Assembly: GCA_964016885.1 (NCBI GenBank)
Contig: OZ024741.1
Coordinates: forward strand, 357,554,001 to 357,618,000
Reading direction: 5' to 3'
Source: Eledone cirrhosa
Lineage: Eukaryota
Length of the DNA stretch: 64,000 nt
The position numbers were made by a program, and so were the translations under genes. The notes beneath the pieces are model-generated. The model saw only the letters and a program-made list of their open reading frames with translations, searched no databases and was not told the origin of the DNA. The stretch's first letter is position 1; every line of letters begins with the position of its first letter. Below, one piece after another: positions 14,305-26,206 of the stretch.

Positions 14305-16648
14305 TGTGCCCCATAATTGAAATGTCCCCAGACATGTGACAGCATGGAAGACCACCTGAGCAGAATAAATGAATGCAACCTATCTAGGGACCTGACAGGC
14401 TGTACAATAGATAGCAAGGATGTGGTGTCCCTATACCCATCCATTGATATAGATTTTGCAGTGGAAAAATGCGAGGAGATGATCAGTGAGAGTGAAGTAG
14501 AATTCCGTGTGATTGACATTAACGAGCTATGATTCCTACTTAGACTCACACGGGATAAGATTTACTTAGTTACACAGCATCCTCTGTTCCACAAGGCCAG
14601 GGAGAGGCAGACCACATATCATTAGCTTGATGGCCAAGAAGACCCAGACAGAAAGACAGAGCGGGTGAACCAGAGCCATACGGACACCTGAAAACCACAA
14701 CCAAGAAAAGAAAATAATCACACATGTGGTGGGGGCCAGTATAAGTCTAACCCTTAAGGAACATATGTTTAAGTTTAATGGCAAAACATATGCCCAAGAA
14801 GAGGGGGCAGCCATTGGCATCAGCATTGCTGGTGATGTAGCTAACCTCTTTATGGTATGGTGGGACAGGAGACTTAAAGAACGCTTAAATAAGAATTCTA
14901 TAACCCTGACTATGTACTTCCGCTATGTAGATAGCATCAATATCGTAGTGAAAACACCCCACAGGAGAACAGTCAGGAATTAGATGGGAGCACCATGGAA
15001 AACATCCACCAAAGTATTAAAGTTATTGTAGACTACCCAATTAAACACCCCAACCATAGATTACCGGTACTAGACACAGAACTCTGGTTAGAAACCATTA
15101 ATAATAAAACACAAATACTCCATCCACATTATGCCAAGCACATGGCCTCCAAGTACCTGATTCACCGAAACTCAGCCATTTCGGATATGAAAGTCAACAT
15201 ACTGATTGTGGATTTAGTAAGAGTGATGAGGAATGTGTCCTGCATGTGCGATCCTAAAGAATTAGAGAGACACATACAACACTTCATCCACCACATGCAG
15301 TTCTATGGCTACAATCAGAGAGACAGGATCTGGGTGTATAAAGGAGCCAGGGCAAAATGGATGAGTATTGTAGAAAATGATGCAACCGGGACATATCCCA
15401 TGTATAGGAACACATTTTGGAATAGGATAGAGAAAAACTAAGTAGAAGACTAATAAAATAAATCCATGGTATGATAGCAGCAAATACCAGAGTGTGATGT
15501 TTGTCAATGCAGCCCCCAGAGGTGAACTAGCTTATAGATTTAGAAAGGCTCCAGACAAACTAAAATAAAATATTAAGACAGTAGGAAAACCAGGTATTCC
15601 TATAAAAGCTCTAATTAGTAGAATATACACTTTTGAGAAAATCCTCTGAACTGATAGAAAATGTATAGTCTGCAAATTAACCCTTTAGTTACCACCCTGT
15701 CCAAAACCAGCTCTGATCTATGAAATAAATCACCCATTTTAAAGGTTTCCAATTTAAATTAAAATTTTTCAACATAATTTTATATAAGGACCTTACATTA
15801 AGTTACTATCATAGTAATGAAATAATTAATAATTTTAGTTAAATCGATTAATTAATTATAGTGTGAATACATTAGAAATATTGTCATGAAAGGGTTAAGC
15901 TCACTGCAGAACTAGGAATGTAGTATATGGCAAAAGATGTACGGAGGGAGTGTTTAGGAATAGGAACATGACTTACATAGGTGAGACTGCCTGTAGCATA
16001 GGAGAAATGATAAATGAACATTGGTAAGAACTCCAATATGGAAAAAAGTCATCAGTACTCAACCAACATGCTAGAATGGAACATGGAGGCACACTAGAGA
16101 ACACTGAGATAAAAATCACATCCACACACAGAACAGATGCAATGCAGATTACAAAAGCAATAAACATAAATGAACTCCAACCAAAATTGAACAGAAAACA
16201 TGAGTGGAATAGCAACATCACAACTAGTAACTAAGGACAAGATAAAGACATACAGACACACACAAGAACCAAACTAATAAAACAAACTAGACACACACAG
16301 ATAGAAGAAGCAACCAGCTAGTGACAAGTAAATAAATGTATGAATAAATAAATAAAAAGATGCTCACACGCAAACCAGGATATAACACATGCGCAGCTCA
16401 AGTACATAGCTTACAGTTCACAGCTCACAAAAATAAGATGGTGTAGGTCAGAACAAAGGGGAGACACAAAATAACAAAAGCAGTCACTAATGAAGTCACA
16501 GAATGCATGACAAAAGAGCTTTAACAATCAACAAGGAAACAACCATCTGGTTACTAAACTAACCAACCAGAAGTTTCTAATAATAAATTGAAGTGAAAAC
16601 CAACAGGTGCATGTGTTTTATTGGCAGCGTGACCATCCCAAAGTATAA

Positions 16649-16652
<4 letters not shown>
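14305..16652 (+). mobile_element. Older decayed Penelope-like element (RT + GIY-YIG), 5'-truncated
   Basis: Broken ORFs 14317-14532, 14726-14983 and 14995-15441 align with the young copy (DVVSLYPSI, EGAAIGISIAGDVANLFMVWW, RYVDS, LPVLDTELW); YIGETA near 15975; decayed hammerhead CTAATGA at 16487; ends in (TA)n. Confidence 0.9.
15681..15894. mobile_element. piggyBac-type MITE (family 2) inserted in the old PLE
   Basis: TTAA|CCCTTT...AAAGGG|TTAA interrupts the zinc-knuckle coding region. Family is abundant: about 840, 1390-1745, 5400-5632, 29720-29938, 33240-33460, 35220-35408, 43027, 63560. Confidence 0.75.
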
Positions 16653-16681
<29 letters not shown>

Positions 16682-16685
<4 letters not shown>

Positions 16686-17109
16686 GGAGGTGAGTTTTAT
16701 TGTAGTACAATAAAGCAATGCAGATATCGGATAAGAAGCACTCTACAGTTTGTAGGACTGGAGTATACATAATATAAGATCAAAAGATGGTTAAAGGAGT
16801 TCCATGTATTTTATTATGCGCATTTCAAAAACAAACATCATCATGCAATAATATTTGTGTTTTCATCAGATAAAACAGGAGAACATGATATGAAGGCTAA
16901 AAAACACCTGTGGACAGTGCAGTTGATTTAAAATGTTGATTTATATGTTGATTTAAAACTGCACTGTCCACAGGTGTTTTTTAGCCTTCATATCATGTTC
17001 TCCTGTTTTATCTGATGAAAACACAAATATTATTGCATGATGATGTTTGTTTTTGAAATGCACATAATAAAATACATGGAACTCCTTTAAACATCTTTTG
17101 ATCTTATAT

Positions 17110-17112
<3 letters not shown>
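16682..17112. mobile_element. Fold-back PLE-derived element A2
   Basis: Arms 16769-16924 and 16957-17112 are near-perfect reverse complements; tail 16682-16768 on the left arm only; (TA)n on both flanks. Confidence 0.85.
17004..17076 (+). ncRNA. Minimal type I hammerhead motif (mirror 16805-16877 on minus strand)
   Basis: TTTTAT-CTGATGA(17012-17018)-long stem II-GAAA(17055-17058)-TGCRCA-TA^ATAAAA; stem III is the palindrome ATGCGCAT in the minus-strand copy. Confidence 0.72.
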
Positions 17113-17147
<35 letters not shown>

Positions 17148-17149
<2 letters not shown>

Positions 17150-17272
17150 CGATGCTGCATGGTAGTGAGACATGAGCAGCAACTGCGGAGGATATGTGAC
17201 GGTTGGAGAGAAATGAAGCAAGCATGCTCTGATGGATGTGCAATGTCAATGTGCGTGAACGACCAAGCATAG
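17148..17272 (+). mobile_element. Short RTE ORF2 fragment
   Basis: AMLHGSET*AATAEDM*RLERNEASML*WMCNVNVRERPSI. Confidence 0.8.
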
Positions 17273-17276
17273 ACAA

Positions 17277-17420
17277 ACCCACTTCCGTTTGTCTGGTGAA
17301 AGACTAGTGTCCGAAACGTTAAGACTCTTTTCCTGTTAATTCAAGCATTAAACTAATATATTTTTTCAATGAGAGCATCTTACCGCTTGCTTGCTTTGTT
17401 ATTTGTTTACTTTTTATACA
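17277..17420 (+). mobile_element. Short PLE terminal fragment with hammerhead-like motif
   Basis: CTGGTGA(17293-17299)-AAGAC TAGT GTCC-GAAA(17313-17316)-CGTT; one core mismatch; ends in (CA)/(TA) repeats. Confidence 0.5.
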
Positions 17421-17456
17421 CTCACACAGATATATATATATATACATACATATATA

Positions 17457-17515
<59 letters not shown>

Positions 17516-17516
17516 T

Positions 17517-17708
17517 GTAAGTCCCAGGTTCAATCGGGGGTAACCACAGTAAGTAAGGTACTCAATACATAGCAGAGTATATACAAGATTTAATATAGAA
17601 ATAGCTTCAACAGGAGGACAAGAACTGTTTCATTCAAAGGAAATCATCAGGAAAGCTTTCCGGATGATTTCTTTCGAATGAAACAGTTCAAGTCCTGTAG
17701 AAGCCATT

Positions 17709-17715
<7 letters not shown>
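17517..17715. mobile_element. Fold-back PLE-derived element B1 with hammerheads on both arms
   Basis: Palindrome centred on GAAAG|CTTTC (17655/17656). Minus strand reads CTGATGA-TTTC..GAAT-GAAA-CAG..CTG-TT^GAAGC; plus-strand core is mutated to CGGATGA. Tail 17517-17592; (TA)n flanks. Confidence 0.8.
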
Positions 17716-17745
<30 letters not shown>

Positions 17746-18299
17746 ATATATATATGTATATATATATATGTATATATATATATTGTTATATTTGGGGAGG
17801 GTCATATTTGCGTAATATTGCCAGAATTAATAACAGAACACACTCACTGTTTGGTTGGTTTTCGCTTCTCGCTGTCTTTTATATATATATATCTGCGATC
17901 TAACTTACTCGGTCCTCAATGTTGCCATTGACTGACCGGCGGTCAAAAATAATACAGATACAATATAGACAAACACATATATATATAGTTTACATAAATC
18001 TTTCGTTGCACATCTGCAACATCGTCAGTGGTGTTATATTCATTGTTCCTCCTGTTGTGTTGTATGTCTACGCCATTTTTTTGTTCAGTCTGTCTATATA
18101 TTTATTTATTTATTTGCTTGTTTGTTTATCTTATTTTATTTTGTCTTCTTTGCGCATGCGTTTGCGTGTGTGTATAGTGTTATGTGTGATGTGTGACTAG
18201 TGTGTATAGTGTTGTGTCTGCTGGGTGACTAGTGTGTGTTTATGTGCTTGTGTATGTATTTATTTATCTTATTTTATTTAATTTAATTTACTTATTTAT

Positions 18300-20050
18300 T
18301 TATACTTCTCTTAGGTCAGTGTTGTTTGTTTGGGTGTTGTTGTTGTTCCACTCATTCTTTCTGTTTAGCTTTGGTCTTCTAATTTCTATTTCACTGGCCT
18401 CTCTGATTTGCCTATCTGCTGGGTCATTCCTATGTTTAGATATTATTCTAATTTCTATGTTGTCTATGTTACCGTCATGATGTTGTCTAGCATGTTCGTA
18501 TAGTACTGACCCGTTTTTTCGTCCTTTTAGTTCCCCCCAGTGTTGGTCTATCCTTTCACCTATGCTACGAGCTGTCTCACCTATGTATGTTGTTGTCGTG
18601 TTTCTGCAAGTACCCTCTGTACATCTTATGCTATAGACTACGTTTCTAGTTTTACAGTTTATCCGGGGGTTCACCTTACATATGATACATTTCCTATTGG
18701 TACAGTGGGTTTTCTTAAAAGGGTAGGTTTTGCTGATCAGGGATTTTATGGTGGTTCCTGGCTTTCCTACCACCTTTATTTTTAAGTGGGTCTTTCTCAG
18801 GGCCTTTCTACACTGGTTAGCTAATTTCCCTCCAGGGGTGGCGTCCACAAACATGACACTCTGATATCTCTGGTTGTCGTACCATGATGTGGCCTTCCCT
18901 ATCTTATGTCTAGCCCTATCTAAGCTATTCCATGATTTGCTCCTGTATAGTGGGCAAATTCCTTTCATGTCCAGTTCTATGAGGGTCTTATACTTTTCCA
19001 TGGCTCCTTCGTATACTCTGACTCTGTCTCTTTGGTTGTAGCCAGAGAACTGCATGCGGTTGATGAAGTGTTGGATGTGTCCTTCCATTTCTGTTGGGTC
19101 GCACATGCTGGACACATTCTTCATCACTCGTACCAAATCTGCGATCAGAATATTAAACTTAGCACTACTGGACATTGCTGAGTTTTTGAGTATCAGGTAT
19201 TTGGAGGCCATGGGTTTAGCATAGTGTGAGTGGAGAATTTGGGCTCTCTCGTCTATAGTGTTAATCCAGAGTTCTGTGTCTAATACAGGTAGTCTATTGT
19301 TAGGGTGTTTGGAAGGGAAGTCTATAGTTACAGTTATACTCTGGTGTATGGAATTAGCTATCTGCTGGATGCTTTCCATCGTGCTACGTTCTAAATCAAA
19401 CTTGTTAGTGCTCTCTAGTGGGGGTGTTCTTATAACTATATTGATATCGTCTACATAACGAGAGTACATGATGAGGTCTATGGAGCTTTCATTAAGGAGA
19501 TCTTTAAGTCTCCTTTCCCACCATACCATGAAAAGGTTGGCAACATCGCCAGCTATGCTGACGCCGATGGCTGCTCCCTCATTTTGGGTGTAGATTTTCT
19601 CATTGAACTTAAATATGTGGCCCTTTAGGGTAGTTTTGATACTAGCCCCTATTGCATGTGCGACCATTTTTCTTACCTGATCAGTGTTTTGGGGGGTCCG
19701 TATAGCTTTGGTCCACCCAATCCACCTTCCTATGGGAGTCTTTTTAGCCATTGAGGTTATGGTGGGGGGTCTACCTCTTATAGGTCTACTAGGGCAGAAA
19801 CATCTAAGGTCATGGCTGTCTAGGTAGTCAGTGTCGTAGGTAAGTCTAAGTAGGAGGCCCAGTTCGTCTGTGTCGACGTCGCAGAACTCCACCTCACTCT
19901 CAATGATCATCTCCACAAATCTTTTCACAGCAAAATCAATGTTAATGGATGGGTACAGTGACACCACATCCATGCTGCCTATTATGCAGTTGGATAGGCT
20001 CCTGTTTTTGTTGCACTCACTGATTCTGCTGAGGAGGTCCTCTGTACTTT
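18300..20050 (-). CDS. PLE reverse transcriptase + Zn-knuckle + GIY-YIG endonuclease (5'-truncated, open frame)
   Basis: GSMDVVSLYPSI, QNEGAAIG, YSRYVDD, LPVLD; CTNRKCIIC...C linker; NVVYSIRC..C...YIGETARSIGERIDQH...H...H...EASEI...PKLN. The first ~41 aa of the 624-aa ORF track are antisense of the right arm, not real. Confidence 0.93.
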
Positions 20051-20906
20051 TAATATTCTGATCGCAGATTTGGTACGAGTGATGAAGAATGTGTCCAGCA
20101 TGTGCGACCCAACAGAAATGGAAGGACACATCCAACACTTCATCAACCGCATGCAGTTCTCTGGCTACAACCAAAGAGACAGAGTCAGAGTATACGAAGG
20201 AGCCATGGAAAAGTATAAGACCCTCATAGAACTGGACATGAAAGGAATTTGCCCACTATACAGGAGCAAATCATGGAATAGCTTAGATAGGGCTAGACAT
20301 AAGATAGGGAAGGCCACATCATGGTACGACAACCAGAGATATCAGAGTGTCATGTTTGTGGACGCCACCCCTGGAGGGAAATTAGCTAACCAGTGTAGAA
20401 AGGCCCTGAGAAAGACCCACTTAAAAATAAAGGTGGTAGAAAAGCCAGGAACCACCATAAAATCCCTGATCAGCAAAACCTACCCTTTTAAGAAAACCCA
20501 CTGTACCAATAGGAAATGTATCATATGTAAGGTGAACCCCCGGATAAACTGTAAAACTAGAAACGTAGTCTATAGCATAAGATGTACAGAGGGTACTTGC
20601 AGAAACACGACAACAACATACATAGGTGAGACAGCTCGTAGCATAGGTGAAAGGATAGACCAACACTGGGGGGAACTAAAAGGACGAAAAAACGGGTCAG
20701 TACTATACGAACATGCTAGACAACATCATGACGGTAACATAGACAACATAGAAATTAGAATAATATCTAAACATAGGAATGACCCAGCAGATAGGCAAAT
20801 CAGAGAGGCCAGTGAAATAGAAATTAGAAGACCAAAGCTAAACAGAAAGAATGAGTGGAACAACAACAACACCCAAACAAACAACACTGACCTAAGAGAA
20901 GTATAA
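20049..20906 (+). CDS. Duplicated RT-thumb + GIY-YIG C-terminal portion (right arm)
   Basis: 278-aa ORF identical to the left-arm C-terminus except VEK versus VGK. Confidence 0.9.
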   Translation, partial: FNILIADLVRVMKNVSSMCDPTEMEGHIQHFINRMQFSGYNQRDRVRVYEGAMEKYKTLIELDMKGICPLYRSKSWNSLDRARHKIGKATSWYDNQRYQSVMFVDATPGGKLANQCRKALRKTHLKIKVVEKPGTTIKSLISKTYPFKKTHCTNRKCIICKVNPRINCKTRNVVYSIRCTEGTCRNTTTTYIGETARSIGERIDQHWGELKGRKNGSVLYEHARQHHDGNIDNIEIRIISKHRNDPADRQIREASEIEIRRPKLNRKNEWNNNNTQTNNTDLREV

Positions 20907-21169
20907 ATAAATAAGTAAATTAAATTAAATAAAATAAGATAAATAAATACATACACAAGCACATAAACACACACTAGTCACCCAGCAGACACAACACTAT
21001 ACACACTAGTCACACATCACACATAACACTATACACACACGCAAACGCATGCGCAAAGAAGACAAAATAAAATAAGATAAACAAACAAGCAAATAAATAA
21101 ATAAATATATAGACAGACTGAACAAAAAAATGGCGTAGACATACAACACAACAGGAGGAACAATGAATA

Positions 21170-21220
21170 TAACACCACTGACGATGTTGCAGATGTGCAA
21201 CGAAAGATTTATGTAAACTA
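21170..21220 (+). ncRNA. Hammerhead ribozyme motif in PLE 3' terminal repeat (mirror 17986-18036 on minus strand)
   Basis: CTGACGA 21178-21184, stem II GTTGCA-GATG-TGCAAC, GAAA 21202-21205, GATTTA; stem I pairing is weak. Confidence 0.7.
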
Positions 21221-21480
21221 TATATATATGTGTTTGTCTATATTGTATCTGTATTATTTTTGACCGCCGGTCAGTCAATGGCAACATTGAGGACCGAGTA
21301 AGTTAGATCGCAGATATATATATATAAAAGACAGCGAGAAGCGAAAACCAACCAAACAGTGAGTGTGTTCTGTTATTAATTCTGGCAATATTACGCAAAT
21401 ATGACCCTCCCCAAATATAACAATATCTGTTTCGACACACGATTTCATATAAAAAACCTCGCAAAACTAATTCATCGCCG

Positions 21481-21566
<86 letters not shown>

Positions 21567-21649
21567 TCTTAAAATTTTATGAATATCCATATAGACTCAT
21601 CGCTTCAAACTTTTTCAATTAATGTTTTATATATATGTATATATATATA

Positions 21650-22370
21650 AAAATATAATTACAATTTTATTTCTCGGCCTAGCACAGCAGATACATAAAT
21701 GTTTATTCAACACTAGCTTTGAGGAACAATCAAACGGCCCAATTTGAAGAGTAATGACCCAGAAACATGTTGATTGTTTCTCAAAGCCTGTGTTGAACAA
21801 ACAGTGACGATCGGTCACCAGCACGGCACAGCTTCAAATCGGGCCATTTGTTTACAAATGAATCAAACATTATTCTTAATGTTCAATATAACCCATACAT
21901 ACATATGTATATATCTATATGTGTGTGTATATATATATATATGTACGTGTGCATACTTCTATGTATCAACTGTGCTAGGGCGAGAAATAAAATTCTAATT
22001 TTATTTTTTATATTTGGCAAGGCCAGCGATAACTCACTCGATATGCAAATGAGGCTACTCAGCCAATGTGTATTTAAGAAAATACTATATATTTTCAACC
22101 ATTCAACAGATTGGCAGAGGTATGCAGTCCTGATGAAGGGTAATGACCCAGAAACATGTTGATTATTCCTCAAAGCCAGTGTTCAACAAATAGGTGATGA
22201 TTGGTCACTGGCACGGCCCAGCTTCAAATTGGGCATTTGTTTACAAACGAATCGGACATTATTCTTAATGTTCGATATAACCCATACGTACATATGTATA
22301 TGTATATATGTGTGTGTTTATATATATATATATATATATATATGTGTATATATATATATATGTATATATA
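21650..22370 (+). mobile_element. Retrozyme-like element: 389-nt hammerhead-to-hammerhead direct repeat preceded by an inverted, deleted arm
   Basis: GTAATGACCCAGAAACATGTTGATT at 21751 and 22140 with about 200 nt of downstream similarity; 21650-21750 is a mosaic reverse complement of the monomer. Confidence 0.75.
22126..22164 (+). ncRNA. Minimal type I hammerhead ribozyme motif
   Basis: AGTC-CTGATGA(22130-22136)-AGGG TAATGA CCCA-GAAA-CATG-TT^GATT; palindromic stem III ACATGT. Confidence 0.8.
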
Positions 22371-22371
22371 A

Positions 22372-22726
22372 AATACACCCCCATCCCACTACCCCCACCC
22401 CATCCACACCACCCCTTTCGATGTAAAGTTATGTTGGTACCACAACATCCAGTCCTAAATAAATGAGGTCGTGTAGGTATCATGACAAAAAAACACACAG
22501 TCCACGCTCTAATGTGGGCGTGTAGGTAACACGGTAAAAACCTCCCAGTCCACACTGTAAACGTGGTTGGTGTTAGGAAGGGCATCCAGCAGTAGAAAAC
22601 CCGCCAGACAGTCCTATACGAGCAAGACAACCAAACTTGCCTCAAGTGGGAAAATTCCCATCCAAACCCATGCTAGTGTGGAAGATGGACGTTAAACGAT
22701 GATGATGATGATGATGATGATGATGA
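22372..22726 (+). mobile_element. RTE 3'UTR copy with (GAT)n tail
   Basis: Same sequence as the LINE 3'UTRs at 9724 and 60070. Related tail-only copies at about 2190-2465, 12645-13085, 13758-13986, 22770-22945. Confidence 0.8.
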
Positions 22727-23604
22727 TATATGTGTGTATGTGTGCATACTCACATATATATATATATCATCATTTTTCATTTTCATTTCATTTTATGTCC
22801 GCTTTTCCCTGCTTGCAAGGGTGGGGCGGGAACTGATTCTGGCTTGATTTCTACAGCTGGATCCCCTTCCTAACACCAACCTCATTACAGTTAGTGCTGG
22901 GTGCTTTTTTGCCGTGGCGCCTACACAACCACTTTGCAGTGAGTAACTTTGCAGCTGTGTAAACTGGAGCAATGTGAAATAAAGTGTCTTGCTCAAGGAA
23001 ACAACACATCACCCTGTCTGAGAATTGAACTCACAACCTTTCGATTGCAAGGCCAATGCTCTAACCATATGTTTCGCAGTTCTGCTTTTCAAAAGTAGAG
23101 TTGAGATGGAGGGTCTGTGGTTTTTACCAACTTCACAGCATTTATATAGAGTTAGTGCTAGTGCCACAATATAGCACATCCGGTATATGCCGTGAAGTTG
23201 GTTGGCGTTAGGAAGGGTAACCAGCCTGGAATGTATGAGTAAGACAGTGTATCTGACCTGTCTGTCCATAGAACGTGACAACCCGCTTAACTCTTGTAAA
23301 CATGAAAAACACATATAAAATGGTGAGGATGTTTATATATATATATATATACATATGTATACACATATATATATATATATGATATATATATATATACATA
23401 TATATGATATAGATATATGTATGTATAGATATGTATATACATATATATGATATAGATATATGTATGTATAGATATGTATATACATATATATGATATATAT
23501 ATATACACACACATATATATACATACATATATACATATACATTTATATAGCATATATATATTCATATATATATACACATACACACACACATAATATATAT
23601 ATAT

Positions 23605-23740
23605 AACGAAGGAATTGTGTTAAGGAACCAGATGGACCATAACGCACCAAAGTACTCAATACTTAGTGTAGTAGAGTGGGTAATAGGAACAAGTATGACC
23701 CCAACGGCAGAGCTCAAGCCGTTTCTAGACTAAGTAAGAA
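23605..23740 (-). mobile_element. Single-arm PLE-derived element C1
   Basis: Closely matches 28253-28373; truncated at the GAAAC motif; inside (TA)n. Confidence 0.7.
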
Positions 23741-23836
23741 TTTTATATATATATATATATAAGAATTATATATATATTATATATATATATATATATACAC
23801 ACACACATATAATATATATATACACATATATCTATA

Positions 23837-23910
<74 letters not shown>

Positions 23911-24030
23911 TATACATACAATATGTATATATTATACATATTATATATACATATAAATGATATTTATACATGAGATCATCATCACTGTGATATATATATT
24001 CATATGATATATGATATATATATATATGAT

Positions 24031-24061
<31 letters not shown>

Positions 24062-24150
24062 ATACATACATATATATAGATATACACATATATAATACAC
24101 ACATCATATCATATATATATATATCATATCATATATATATATCACATCAT

Positions 24151-24227
<77 letters not shown>

Positions 24228-25803
24228 ATACATACATATATATATATACATTTGTTGTTTAACTGTTTAACCCATTCTAGGGTGGGAAAATGGACGTTAA
24301 ACAGTGATTATGATGATACATATATATATATATATATATACACACACGCACACATATATGTCTGTTTGTGTATCTATATATGCATATATATTATGTCTGT
24401 ATGTGTGTTTATATTTATACATGTATATGTAACATTAGCTCTTTTTAACAGAACATATCTAAATTACACTTTTGTAATTATTATTGATATATATATATAT
24501 ATATTATTTGATTGAAAGTTATTCATCCTAGCTCTATTGGTAATTCTAGAAGCGGGGAAGGGAAGCATCAATGGTTATAGCCAGTAACAACAAATTGTCT
24601 TAAGCAGTCTCCATCTATAGGATGAGTCAACGTTGTTCTATGCTTTACCATTTATGGTAGTTACAACGCTTTTCCTAGGACTTTTTTTTAGGGAACCTAT
24701 CACATTCGCCCCCTTATATGAAAGAAATGTGTGTCTAAACTTATTTGTATGAAAATCCTTTCTCTTAGTGATGCTGGGAAATAATTTTTTCACTAAAAGT
24801 AAACACTTTTCCTAAAATTAATAATTAAAGAATAATATATTAAAGATACTCGCTCGTTGTATACGTGCGATTAAAAAAATATTTCTTCCATATCTATCTA
24901 TGCACACACGCTATTTTCTCTTTCTAAATTGCAAGATGCCGATTATCACTAATGCCTCTACCTATTTTGTTTAAGCCAATTCCAGTTGAGGTAAGCTATT
25001 ATTGGCGGACATTAAGGCGATACAAGAGATTTATTACACACTAGTGTTTTTATTCCATTATAAGTAACATTCCTGAAGTTTAATATATATCACGTCTTTA
25101 CATGTATATAGAATAAAATTGCCTCCAAATCAAGCTATTTCATGCTGAGATTTAATGACCGGTACAATAGTATGGTGTACTCCAGAGTGTATTTTTGTGT
25201 TTGCACCAGTCCGTGTGTTTAGATCTGTTTTACTCCTACATTCTCCCTCTTTTCCCCTCGTAAATGTCGTTTTGTGAGGATGTCTGTGTTCGTATTTATC
25301 TGCTTGTGTATATATGACCGTCATTAAGCTTGTTTGTGCATGCTGTATGTATGACTGTCGCCGCATATGTTATCGTTATTTTGATTTGCAGTTTGTAAAA
25401 AATTCATTGTAAATTTAGGAGAATTTAAAGAACGGTGACGCTGATAGAAAATATTGATGGTTATAGGTGTCCCTCCCTATAGTTAAAATCAACAGTGCTA
25501 ACTCCCTCGTATATGACATCCAGAGTGGTTGTTGATTAGGTTACTACGCACAGGTAGTAGTGTCAAATTGTTTCACGCCAGACGTGTTCATTATGCCGAT
25601 CACGGTGACACATCTGATTTCAAACAATCCACAATAGTTTGGGCTTTCACTCAAATATTATTGTCTCTTCCTGCTACATAAAGAGTAAGGGAGTTATAAT
25701 GAACAGTCATACTAGTATTTCTACCTCAGTGTAATGTTTCTATTTGTGTGTGCACGTGTGTATATGTATCTTTCTGACTTTCAGGAAGTAACACTGTTCG
25801 TCG

Positions 25804-26206
25804 CTCTACTAGATGGCGGTTTGGGAGATAACAAGCTAGGAGGTTTAGAAAGATTAATTTAGAGAGAAAGAGCAAGGTGAAGTGACTGTAAAGCCTTTGT
25901 GTATCATCTAGATCTGCCGTCCCTCCCTAACATCTAAACTATTACTTCTCCGTCGCCTCCACCATTCCCAAGGCAGAGCTTAGCCTACGCCACCGCCCTG
26001 CTATTGGTAGAACCGCTGTCACCGCCGCCTCATTGCTGTCTACTTATTGTACAGTCAGTGCTCTTTCATTCACTACCAGTTCTGTTGTCTCTTTACCCGG
26101 TGCTTGTTGTGGACGGCGTGGTTCTCAACAGAGGACGGGCCCCTCACTATATTTCTAACGGCGTTACTACATTTCCTACAAACAACCAATCTGTTATTAT
26201 TTAAAG
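25804..26206 (+). promoter_or_regulatory. Probable promoter and non-coding first exon of a host gene
   Basis: Locally GC/CpG-rich, repeat-free. CTCF-like CTACTAGATGGCGG 25806-25819, inverted CCAAT (ATTGG 26003-26007), Inr-like TCAGT 26055-26059, possible donor AAG|GTAGTG at 26206/26207. Confidence 0.45.

Larger units (their letters stand above)
17780..21481. mobile_element. Young Penelope-like retroelement in inverted-repeat configuration (probably Naiad-type)
   Basis: 17780-19157 is the reverse complement of 20049-21426 (one mismatch seen, 18766/20440). Unique RT spacer 19158-20048; 55-nt tail 21427-21481 on the right arm only; (TA)n on both sides. Confidence 0.95.

Noticed and set aside
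20051-20174. N-terminal ~41 aa of the 624-aa ORF as a real start
   Set aside because: It is the antisense of the inverted right arm; the element is 5'-truncated at about 20050
18300-21481. Selenoprotein/SECIS in the PLE, as known for some Naiads
   Set aside because: No in-frame TGA in the retained ORF and no SECIS I can support by eye
17780-21481. Palindromes as pure assembly artefacts or DNA-transposon TIRs
   Set aside because: Arms show independent mutations and indels, one-sided tails and consistent geometry across families; no transposase or classic TSD. Long-read confirmation is still advisable for the near-perfect ones
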